The notes under the pieces were generated by a model, which searched no databases, was not told the DNA's origin, and was given only the letters and a program-made list of their open reading frames with translations. Shown here piece by piece: positions 33,486 to 43,560 of a stretch of DNA of 64,000 nucleotides. The position numbers were made by a program, and so were the translations under genes. The first letter of the stretch is position 1, and every line of letters starts with the position of its first letter. This DNA comes from Podospora anserina (taxonomy: Eukaryota): NCBI GenBank assembly GCA_017654855.1, contig CM030335.1, positions 3,596,001 through 3,660,000 on the forward strand. Direction: 5' to 3'.

Positions 33486-35393
33486 TCAAGGCTTTTTGCA
33501 CAAGCGCCCGTTCTGAGTCGGCAGCCCCGGCAGCTGTCCTTCTACCTCCCAGTCCTCGCTTCCGACAGCTGTATGCGCGTAGAACAAGCCGGTCGGATCA
33601 TACTTCTTCTTCAGCTGGAGCAGTCTTGGATAGTGCGAGCCGTAGAAAGACTGTTGCCAGTTCGGCTCATTGATATCACCCTCGGACAGGTAGCTTCCCG
33701 CCCCTGGGCTCACCTGTCTCCACCTCGCCATCCAGTCATTCGTTAAAATGTTGCTCTGCGCTTGGATGACGGCAGGGCTGGCATCGGCAGGCCAGGCAGC
33801 TGCGAGAATGAAGAAGCCGGTTGTCTCTCTCCAGGCGGGGTTGACACTGTTGGTCTGGTTCACGGCTGAGTTGGGGGCAGCACGGATGTTGTAGCCAATC
33901 AAGATACCGCCTGCCTCGACGGCATACCGCACAGCAGCCATCGTTTCGTTCCTCTTGGTTGGGTTGATGAAGTTGTCTTTTGGGAAGAGCCGAGATGCGG
34001 CGCGGTTGTCAGCCCCTCCCACGTTCTCTGGGGGGAAAGTGCCAGAGTGTGCTTGGTATAAGCTGGGGTATTCGTTCCAGACAGGATCAATAGAAATTCC
34101 GAGATTGGCGAGGTCGTCCAAGAAGGGCTGGATAAGAGGTTGGAATTGAGCGAGCGTCATGTTGCCTCCCCACAGGGGGTTCATGCTGAAGAAGAACTGG
34201 CCCGGGCCAATATTCACAATGAGCCAGTACCCGTAGGCGCCGACCGCAGTGAAGGTGTCGAAATAGGTTGTGTATGCTTCCACACCAGCCCAGAAAGTGT
34301 CCGCTGTGACATTGGAGGAGGTGCCAAAGACGAAGCCGAGAGTCGAAACGGGGATCTGAGGGTAGGCCTTGACAGTCACCGAGGTGACCACGCCATAGGT
34401 GCTGCCACCGCCTCCTCGGAGAGCCCAGAACAGATCGGGGTACGAGCTTTGGCTGGCGGTGACGAAACGACCGTTGGGAAGTACGACGTCAAGCGAGAGA
34501 ACTTGGTCGGCACCCATACCTACAAGCGAAGACATGGGGGAGTGGCCACCTCCGGCGATATACCCGCCCGCCATGCCCACAGTTCTGCACTCACCGCCAA
34601 CGACGGTGACGTTGTGTGCCTCGGCAGCTTGGTAGACTTCCTCTGTCTCTACCCCGGAACCGAGCTTGAGAGCTGGCCCCGAGTGTCCGTTGCAGGTGTA
34701 ATCCGGAATGTACTGGATATCTTTGAGCTTGTGAGTCCAGACAGACAGCGAACCAGCACCCATAGACTTGTCGGCGAAATCATGACCCGTGTTCTTCACC
34801 ACCAGCCGGATGTTGGTTGCGCGAGCAAAGTTGAGTGCCAGCTGAATCTGGGATACCTTGGTAACGGCGACGGAATAGGAAGCATACCCTCCCAAGGTGC
34901 AGTTGTCGTAGATCTGGCTGGGATGATCCAAGGGCATACAGGTTTGCCCTTGCCAGAGCGGGAACATGGCCGAAGTTGGGTCCTCGACATGGAGCTGCGG
35001 TCTGTTCCAGTTTGTTTTGACGTATTCACACTGAGCGGCGTCGTACTGAGGCCAGTCGCTGTAGCATGGAGCGGCGAGGGGAACTGTCTTGATGAGCGCG
35101 CCCCCGAGCGTCAGGTTGAGGAGGTTCCACACCGAGTTGGATGGCCAGAGGGGATCTCCGGGGAAAGTTTTGCATCTCGGTCTTGGGATGCCACCGATGA
35201 TGTTGGAGCTCGCCGGCGTGCCCTCGACGGGACCAAAGTCAAAGAGCTCTGCGTTGTTGGTGCTGTTGACGGCCGCTTTGGTCAAGACATTGTTCTCCCA
35301 GGAGAAACGGGAGGGGCATGTTGCCGTCGTTTGGTCAGCTAGAACAGTTAGTACAGCTGCGACAGTTGTCGCCCGGAGGTTGACTGTGACCAT
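33486..35393 (-). CDS. Secreted FAD-linked oxidoreductase (berberine-bridge/VAO-type)
   Basis: Signal peptide from MVTVNLR. Motifs RLVVKNTGHDF (flavinylated His), GGECRTVG, GGGHSP, DLFWALRGGGG and the C-terminal BBE motif YPRLLQLKKKYDP. Confidence 0.92.
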   Translation of the reverse strand: MVTVNLRATTVAAVLTVLADQTTATCPSRFSWENNVLTKAAVNSTNNAELFDFGPVEGTPASSNIIGGIPRPRCKTFPGDPLWPSNSVWNLLNLTLGGALIKTVPLAAPCYSDWPQYDAAQCEYVKTNWNRPQLHVEDPTSAMFPLWQGQTCMPLDHPSQIYDNCTLGGYASYSVAVTKVSQIQLALNFARATNIRLVVKNTGHDFADKSMGAGSLSVWTHKLKDIQYIPDYTCNGHSGPALKLGSGVETEEVYQAAEAHNVTVVGGECRTVGMAGGYIAGGGHSPMSSLVGMGADQVLSLDVVLPNGRFVTASQSSYPDLFWALRGGGGSTYGVVTSVTVKAYPQIPVSTLGFVFGTSSNVTADTFWAGVEAYTTYFDTFTAVGAYGYWLIVNIGPGQFFFSMNPLWGGNMTLAQFQPLIQPFLDDLANLGISIDPVWNEYPSLYQAHSGTFPPENVGGADNRAASRLFPKDNFINPTKRNETMAAVRYAVEAGGILIGYNIRAAPNSAVNQTNSVNPAWRETTGFFILAAAWPADASPAVIQAQSNILTNDWMARWRQVSPGAGSYLSEGDINEPNWQQSFYGSHYPRLLQLKKKYDPTGLFYAHTAVGSEDWEVEGQLPGLPTQNGRLCKKP

Positions 35394-36259
35394 GTTGAGG
35401 CCGCTGAGAGGATTATGAGTGAAGCTATTAGGGGGGGTTGAACTCACCGAACCAACGATGTCGGCCTTTATAGGAGTTGTCCCCCCTCCGCCCGAAGAAT
35501 CCCAGCCAAAGCACAACCTGCAGCACAATGGCATGGTGTTGAAGAACCAACCATACCGAAAATACTACCCAAGACTGGACTAACGCTGCCACAAGGCCCC
35601 GGACTGGCTACCGGCCCAGACAGGGACCCCTTTCCCCGCAGGTCACCCCCTTGCCGTTAACAGGGGCAGTCCACTGGGAACCAATTGGGAACGATGTCCG
35701 CTGCAGTCGTTCACCGCACGGCGGTGGCCGGAATTTCAATAGAGCTGCTGACTTGCATTCGCAGGTACAGCACAAGGCCTATAACGGCATTGGGCCAAAT
35801 TTCCACGTGAGATATCAGCCGGTGCCGGGTTACACGACAGAGCATTCTACGCCACTTTCCCGGGTCGCCGATAGGATGTTGGAGGGTGTAGGTTTTCCAA
35901 GCGAGGAAAATAATCACAAACCAACATCCCGTCTCGCCGGTCCTTTGTCAGCTGGAAAAGTGGTCCGAGTCGAATCTCCGGTTCTTGAGCGGCACCATGT
36001 GCATGCCTTATTGGATTCGCCCTCAATGGAATTAGAAGATAGGTGTATGACATATTCGAGGAAAGGTAAGAAAGAGTGTCTGATCGATTTACTAGAACGG
36101 AAACGAACATTGGAGACAGTACGGGCGGTGTACAGAAAATAGAAAATCTCCCTTTCCTCCGCAAAGCTTGGCCAAACTGCTCGTGTACTTGCTGACCCTC
36201 CAGATTGCCACACTTCCAATAGCTTCCTGCACTTCACCATGGCCTTTACATGACGGGAA

Positions 36260-36799
36260 TCAAGGGGCATTGACAACCTTGAGCTCCAACCCAGCCCGAT
36301 CACCACCCTCATCAGTGTTGTGCACCGTATTCTTGATCATCCCATCCGTGTTCTTGAAAACCCGACGCGAGCCCTCAATCTTCCCGTCGAGATCCTTGGT
36401 GCTGGTGCTGGTCCCCTCAAACAGCAGCATCTGGTAGTTGACAAGCACCGACAAGTCAGAAGGGCGAAGCGTCAGGGTCAAGTGCACCTCGACGCGGATC
36501 TCGCCGCCGACTCTGGCCTCGTAGGTGACTTTCTGGGTGTACCCGGTCTTGGTGCCGATGATGACGGGGGCGAGGGTGTGGGTGCGGGTGTATGTTCTGT
36601 GGTTGACCGGCCAGGGCTCGTCGTCGCGGATGACGAGGGTGGAGGAGAGGTTGATGGTGCGGGAGACGACCTTTTCTCGGGCGGAGAGGTCGGTGGGCGA
36701 GCGGAATTCGATGGCTGAGACCGGGGCCGGGACCGGGGCCGGAGCTGGGGAGGCTTGGATGGCCGTGAGGAGGCCGAGGAGAAGGAGTGAGAGCTTCAT
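36260..36799 (-). CDS. Small secreted Cys-free, beta-rich protein of unknown function
   Basis: 179-aa intronless ORF, signal peptide MKLSLLLLGLLTAIQA, PA-repeat propeptide, strong C-ending codon bias. Confidence 0.75.
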   Translation of the reverse strand: MKLSLLLLGLLTAIQASPAPAPVPAPVSAIEFRSPTDLSAREKVVSRTINLSSTLVIRDDEPWPVNHRTYTRTHTLAPVIIGTKTGYTQKVTYEARVGGEIRVEVHLTLTLRPSDLSVLVNYQMLLFEGTSTSTKDLDGKIEGSRRVFKNTDGMIKNTVHNTDEGGDRAGLELKVVNAP

Positions 36800-37711
36800 T
36801 TTGGGGTGAATAGATGGGGCGGTTCAACTATGAAGGTTGGCGATTCTGAAACTTGTGTTTAGTTCTTAGCTGTTGAGTTTGAGTTGATGGAGTGAGAGTC
36901 GACATGTCGTGAGGACGGGTGCTTGTACTTATAGACGAGAAAAGCTCCTGTCTTTGGGTCTTGTCCCTCCCAGGATGCCTCTTCTTTCAGTCATGAACCG
37001 CTCATGATCATCAGAGGCGTCTCATCATTTCAGCCAGGCAAAAATAATACTATCACGAGCAAGAAGTCAACAGCCTTCGGCATGCTTCGCAAACCCGACG
37101 GACGTCTTGGCGTACATCCGCGCAAGCATTGGTTCAACAACAGGCGTCTTGTTATGAGTTCGGCGTTGATGATATTCTATGTCTCTCCCCCCTGGCTTAA
37201 CACCGCCCGACAAAAGCATGCGCATCTAGGATGAATACCATTTCCATCTCATTGAACGTTTTGGGCAAGCCATCTATCTGACGGTGGCTGTGGTGTGGCA
37301 GCTGTTGGTGGTGTAACAAACTCAGGGTGGTTTTCGAAAAGACAATTGGTGAACACCATCAGCCGCAAATCCGAAAATCATTTCCAGAAACACATGAGAC
37401 TTCGAGGCTGATTCTTGTAGCTGCGGCTGGTTAGATAATGATGAAAGGGGCATAACACCGAGTTATCATTACAGATCCCAAAAGCAGGGAATCGATGCTG
37501 GGCAGTCAGCCGCAGCTCTCCTTAATCTTGGCGACACAATGGTTGATGATGAGGACTGTCTTCGACTGGCTGCATCCGTGAATTTATCTATGAACTAGAA
37601 ATAAAAGCACTTGAATGTTCAGTCCGACAACCTTGATGTCTGCCCCAACTGAGCCTTATATACTATGGTTGGCAGCTGCTATCTCACAAGTGTGCTCAGG
37701 TTTCAACCCAT

Positions 37712-38824
37712 TCAACGGGGAGTGAGCTTGAGAAGTCTTCCACCGGCACCATCCTCCAGCACCCACAATGCGCCATCAGACCCCTGTCGGACACAGCGAA
37801 TGCGTCGTCCGAGTGAGATGCGCTGAGCCTCCCGCGCCGTGTTACCGGTAATCTCCACGCGCACCAAGCCCTGAGCTCCGAGGGCACTGATGATGGCATT
37901 GCCCCTCCAGTTGCGGAACAGGTCACCCTTGTAGATAATCACGCTGGATGGGGAGATGACGGGGTTCCAGAAGGCTTTGGGCGCAATGAACTCGGGGCGT
38001 GTATTGTGGTTCGGGATAGGCCGGCCGTCGTAGTGGTTGCCCTGGGACACAATCGGCCACCCATAGTTGCCGCCTCTCTCAATCAGGTTGAGCTCATCAC
38101 CGCCCATCGGTCCCATCTCAACCTCCCAAAGACGGCCCTGTTCGTCGAAGTCGATGCCCAGGGGGTTGCGGACACCCAGTGCCCAGATTTGGCTACCGAC
38201 TGTGCCAGTGAACGGGTTGCCGGCCGCGACCGTTCCGTCGTCGTTCAAGCGGATGATCTTGCCGAGGTTGGAAGTCATGGACTGAGCAGGGTCAAACTGC
38301 TGCCTCTCGCCGGATGAGATCCAGAGGGTAGAGTTGGAGTCGAAGAGGATGCGGTGGGCGAAGTGACCGTCGCCGTTGACCTTTTGCGACTGACGCCAGA
38401 TGACCTCGACGTTTTGCAGAGCGCCGCCGCCGCTGGTGTTGAGCACCAGCCTGGCCCGCGCAACCGCAGCGCCAGACCCTCCGGTGCCGGCTTCGGCATA
38501 GCTGATGTATACCAGGTTGTTCTCAGAGAAGCGGGGGTGCAGGGCGACGTCTCCGAATCCACCCTGGCCTCCGTAGCGGACTGAAGGCACACCGGTGATG
38601 GTGCCCTTGGCCTTGGTGTTTGGATCAACAAGACGCAGCTGGCCCCTCTTCTCGGTCACGAGGATGCGGTTATCGGGCAGGAAAGCAAGAGCCCATGGTT
38701 CGGCAAAGTCGGTGATCGCTGCCGTGTTGAATGGGGAGTTCTGACGAGCTGTCACGGTCGATGGTGCTGCCCAAGCACCGGTTACCAACGCCAGGGCGTA
38801 GGCGGTAGAAAGTCCGAATCTCAT
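37712..38824 (-). CDS. Secreted glucose/sorbosone dehydrogenase-family beta-propeller (PQQ-dependent soluble aldose dehydrogenase-like)
   Basis: Signal peptide, then motifs EPWALAFLPD, GQGGFGDVALHPRF, HFAHRILF, SSGER, LGKIIRLNDDG, GVRNPLG, EMGPMGGDELN, GGNYGWP and GRRIR. Intronless. Confidence 0.9.
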   Translation of the reverse strand: MRFGLSTAYALALVTGAWAAPSTVTARQNSPFNTAAITDFAEPWALAFLPDNRILVTEKRGQLRLVDPNTKAKGTITGVPSVRYGGQGGFGDVALHPRFSENNLVYISYAEAGTGGSGAAVARARLVLNTSGGGALQNVEVIWRQSQKVNGDGHFAHRILFDSNSTLWISSGERQQFDPAQSMTSNLGKIIRLNDDGTVAAGNPFTGTVGSQIWALGVRNPLGIDFDEQGRLWEVEMGPMGGDELNLIERGGNYGWPIVSQGNHYDGRPIPNHNTRPEFIAPKAFWNPVISPSSVIIYKGDLFRNWRGNAIISALGAQGLVRVEITGNTAREAQRISLGRRIRCVRQGSDGALWVLEDGAGGRLLKLTPR

Positions 38825-39639
38825 GGTTGCTGGCTCTTTGCTATTCAGTGCCTGGCCAGAAAAGAGGTGACAGCCTCTTCAGAGTGGTTGGGCAGATGGG
38901 TCGAATTATATAGAAGCTGTTGTTACTCAGTGCTTGTTATGGGAATTAGGTCGGTTGGTGCTGCGGCAATAGCCTATTCAAGAAACCAAGGGATCAACAA
39001 CTCCTAACCTTGTTCAGGCTCTTCGCACGTATTGGTGGACTTATAGCCGATAAACAAACAGGTAGAGAATACCACTCCGCAGTTCTTGTCCCGGGTCTTG
39101 GCTGGTCGGTGGTGTATGAAAGAGGCAAGTGACCTCTCACCTCCAGGGGCGCCGGGATTATCAACATATATATGCTATAGCTGTGACTTCTTGGCGGGTT
39201 GGCACCTTTCTTGGCAGGCTTTTGCCATGCGTAGACCGGCACTTGTGGCGATCGATCTCTTGTCCCAGGTCATACGGCCGGAAGGATTGTCGAATACGCC
39301 CAGTTGTGCTGCGTACCGTGGGACCTTGGGGAATGCAATGACGTCGTTGCAAGGAATGAAGAGGGTGGTGGTTAAGTGAGACAGAGCTGAAGGGATCTGG
39401 TATCAGGGGCTTGCTCCTATTATAGGTGTCTGACCGAACCGATGACGTTTGCTATAAAGTAGTAATCATGCCGGTGACAATGCGCATGGACTTGGAAGGC
39501 CAGGGTAGGCACTGGTTGACCTGCCTGTCTCGAACTTTCACTTTCTTCACTTTCTTCGATAAGAGTGCATGCAGTCTGATACCCAACCGTTGACAAATCT
39601 CCAATTCTTTCATCATAGATACACGCGCGCCGACAGTCT

Positions 39640-40277
39640 TTACAGTGCCGTCACACTCCCCGCTCCAATCGTAACATCAACTGGCGCGCATTTGATCTCG
39701 CGAGCGCTGTATATTTGTCCAGGCGTCCAGCTAGGATTCTCCGTTGTCACGTCGGTGCATGACAGGGTTAAGGTGGTCGCTCCGCTTACAGAAAACAGCC
39801 TGCTCATGTATGTCAGTGAGCTGGCTACCAGGTATACATAATGCATTGGGTAACCTACTTGTCACTGCAGTCAATAGTCTCACTGATCTCCAACGTGCCA
39901 GCAGGTCTGCTGAATTTGAATCCAACCTTCGCCCCAGCCGGCACACCAGTTCCCGCCGGTGTGCACGCATACTCGACGGTCCCATAGAAGAAGTCGGACA
40001 GCTGGCTGCTAGAGGCACTGCACGAAGCGGTGTAGGGCACGACATCGTTGGAAACGTTAAAGTTGACATAACCCCACGAGTTCTGGTGAGCCGGGTTGGT
40101 GAAGACGTAAGAGGCATGGAAGTCGAAGTCGTCGACTGTCCATTTCAAGGCCTCGAGCGTCTTTGTGCACGTTTTGATTGGATCTGGATGCCCCCCGCAT
40201 TTGCCATCTCTTCGTTTGTGTGGGGTGGCGGTCGAGAAGCTCAGGAGCGTTATAAGGGTGACGACGGAGGCTTTCAT
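39640..40277 (-). CDS. Secreted Alt a 1 (AA1)-like domain protein
   Basis: Signal peptide; WTVDDFDFHASYVFTNPAHQNSWGYVNF and FFYGTVEYAC. Intron 39858-39800 joins to KLFSVSG..PGQIYSAREIKC..TAL*. Confidence 0.82.
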
Positions 40278-40761
40278 TTTGATGTTGCGTAGAGTACGAC
40301 GAGATGGGAACCTGGGAAGACTCTTGGGGGAACGTCAAAAGAGTGCCAAGGACTCCGCACCAGCTTTTTAATACCCGAGGATTGACGCGCCTGGGGAAGT
40401 TTGGTAATCTCCAAAAGAATCCGATTCGGCTTTCAGCTTCTCACCTCACGAGTCACGCCACCCACACCCCTGTTTACTTTCCTAGTGGCATTGCGGCCTA
40501 TCAAAGCCCTAGTGGCTGCACACGTCTGCCAACAGTGTTCTCCGCCCTTACAACGTGGCATGATTGTGGTAACCTTCGGTGTGGCTGACTGAAGGCGTAA
40601 CCTGTGCTCAAAGAACACGCTCTCTCGATATGTAAGCATCGAGACTGTCTACGAACACGAAATACATAGGTCCTATATGTTTCAAGCCCATTGCTCTGTC
40701 GCTTCCCACCTCAACATCCTACTGGCTTCAAGCCTCCTCACTCCCCCCCGGCATAAAACCC

Positions 40762-41289
40762 TCACAGCTTCTCATTAACCCACTCGCTCTCATACTTGAC
40801 ACCACTCAACTTGAACAACTGTGTAATCGGGCATCTCCTCTCCACCTCAGAAACAAACTTGTCAAACTTGTCCCCCTCCACATCCGTCTGCACCCGCACA
40901 CTCAGCTTCAGACTCTCCCAGTTCGGGTTCCCCTGCTCCCCGTTGACCAGCACAGCCGTTGGAAGCTACGCTTCGACGCTCACGTCCCACTTTCCAAGCT
41001 TGATCCCATGATTACTCGCGACAACAGAGCCAGTGACTTGGTTGCATGCGCTCAGACTGGCAAGGGAATAGACAACCGGTGAGGGGGCCGAGTCAGCGCC
41101 GCCGAGAACGGGATATGTGTCCGCCGTGAAGGTGTATGGCTTCCCTGGAACGGAAACTTTTTGAAGGGTACCAGTGCCGGTGCCGGTGACTTTTACAGGG
41201 AGTATCTGGAGGCGGGCGGGGGTGGTTGAGAATCGGCGCCGGGCGGCTTGGCGTGCGGTTGTGGTGAGGCGGGTGGTGAACTTGAACAT
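40762..41289 (-). CDS. OsmC/Ohr-like peroxiredoxin with a probable mitochondrial presequence; contains one in-frame TAG (40968-40966)
   Basis: Arg/Thr-rich N-terminus, GGADSAPSP..SLSAC (first Cys) and VERRCPI (second Cys). The two ORF-track fragments are in one frame: SVEA*LPTAVLVNGEQGNPNW. May be a pseudogene. Confidence 0.8.
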
Positions 41290-41751
41290 TGTGATGCCGG
41301 CAATGCTCAAGAGAAATATTTTGTAGTATGCAGGTGAGGTTACAGCGAGGTGTTGAAGTTCAGATGTCTACCAGCCTCTCTGTAATTGTATGTAAGTGAA
41401 TAGGTGTTGCCATTTTGGCGTGATACAACTCCAGAATGACGAAAACGAACTATTACGTACTGTTTCTGGGCGTTTGTCCTAGTGTGTAACAGTTCGTGAG
41501 CCTCCATAGGGTTGAAATAAAGCTTTACAATTGTGATGATTGGTAAGGGACTTGTCTGGATACAGTGTGGAAACCAGCTGCGGGTTAACCTACCTTTAAT
41601 CACGTTCACGTACCAGAAGATATCGCACAAGCTTGGGAGGGTTCGCAAGGAAACATGGAGGTGATGCGTCGCTTTGTTCTTGCTACCAGGGTCAAATACT
41701 TGGATGCCATCAACGATTGTCTCCACGCCTACCATTGCGGGAAAAAACATT

Positions 41752-43034
41752 TCAACTGTCCTTGGGCTTGATCAAGTGGCAGTCTGACCGAATGTCTGAG
41801 CCCGTGGTGCCACTGGACAGATACAGACCATTGCCACACTCCAGAATGTTCATCTTCCCCCGCCCTGACATGTACACTTCGTTGGTGACGGGGTTAATGC
41901 ACGCCTTCACTCTCTCGTGTGTGCCGGCCGCGACAGCAGCCTCAACAACAGACTTTATCCTGACCACCACTTGCACCGAGGGGCCGGTAGGGCTCTTGCT
42001 GACATACGCCTCCAGGGTCTCCGTGTTTCCGGTGGTGTACTTGAGTCCCAAGTAACCGTTGCTATCAGTGGTCCAGAGGGCAGTGTATGATGTCGAACTT
42101 GGACGACCGCCGGCAAAGCTCTGCCAGGCCACGATGTTGCTGTTGACGACGTTCATCCACCGGGTCGATCCGTCCCAAAATGGCGAAACAGAGGCCAGGA
42201 ATACCGTGCCCGTTGGCTTGCACGTGAGCGATACCACGCTCGTAGGGGTCGACGTTGTGAGGACAGTAGTCGTCTCGGAAGCAGTGACAGTGTCGGTAAC
42301 GGTTGCCAATTCTGTGGCGGAGACGATGTCCGTGACAGTGGCCGAGATAGTCTCCGTGACAGTGATGACGTCGGTCTGGGTGCTAGAGAGCGTGGCCACA
42401 GTCGTGCTGATGGCGTCGCCAGCTGTCACGGTGACAGTCTCGGTCGCTGCGGCTGCCGTGACGGTGGTGGGTTCAATGCCGACGCAACTGCAGGCCTTGA
42501 CATACTTCTCCCAGTCGGCACACACAGCCGTGACATACTCGGGGAGAGAAGACGCAACATCGCGAGCCGTCATCTGCTGTTGATAGACGAACGCAGTCGT
42601 GGTGACGGCCGAGGCCGATTCGACGACGGTGGTAGTAACGGGAACTGTGGTGGTTTCGAGGACGATACTCGTCTGTGTGGCAGCCGTGATTGTGGTCGTC
42701 TCAGTGAAGAGGACTGTTTCGGTCGATGCGGTTTCGGTTGACGTCTCAGTGAACAAAGCAGTTTCGACTGCGCTCTCGATCACCGTCAATGTCTCGGTCA
42801 AGGTGCTGCATTTGACTCGTCAGTACCTTTCGGTATAGTACACTCGCTGCGGTCCAGGGCAACTTACACAGCCGAGGGTGTCAAGGTAACGACCAGATTG
42901 GCCGAACAATCAGCAATTCCATCATCATTGGCCAAGACAACAGCTTTCAAACAGTTGTTGCTGCGACAGCAAGCAGCAGAAGCTACCTGCAGCAGGGCAG
43001 CACCAGTCAGAGCAACAGCCCCAAAGTTCTTCAT
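41752..43034 (-). CDS. Secreted Thr-rich (mucin-like) protein with Cys motifs
   Basis: Exon 1 MKNFGAVALTGAALLQVASAACCRSNNCL; intron 42867-42806; Thr/Val/Glu-rich tracts, PEYVTAVC..YVKACSC motif and a Cys-containing C-terminal domain. Confidence 0.8.
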
Positions 43035-43560
43035 GGCAAAAACGAGTGACAGAAATCAAAAGAGTGACACGGAGTTGGATTAGTGAAAGAACATGGGCAA
43101 CCTTTTGTTTTGATCGAGGGCCCAGACCCTTTTATTCCATACCTACTCTCATGGTCATCTGGAGTTTGCGGGCGGCAGAAACAGTGGCTGTTCGATAGTG
43201 TTGTTTTGGCGATCCAGACTCTCGGGAACGTTGAACTATTGAGGCGCTTGAGATTGCTTACTGGAAGCTGACCAACCACAGACGAAGAGGAATGGCAAGA
43301 TATTTGATATGATTGGTTGTGCTTGATAGAAAAGAAGAAACGGCCCAATTGGGCAATTATTTCATGCTTTCAACTCCCTACCTCGACCCAAATCAAGGTG
43401 TTCGCCTTGGGCCGCTGTCGAAGGCACAGACCATCATGCAGGGCGCATTTTTGGAACAAATCCTCCGGGGCTTGAAAAAAGAAAAAAAAAGGAGTCAAAT
43501 GCTTCTAGAAGCAATCTTGACCGCAGAGTGACACTGACGTGGTCACCTTCCAAGAAGCGA

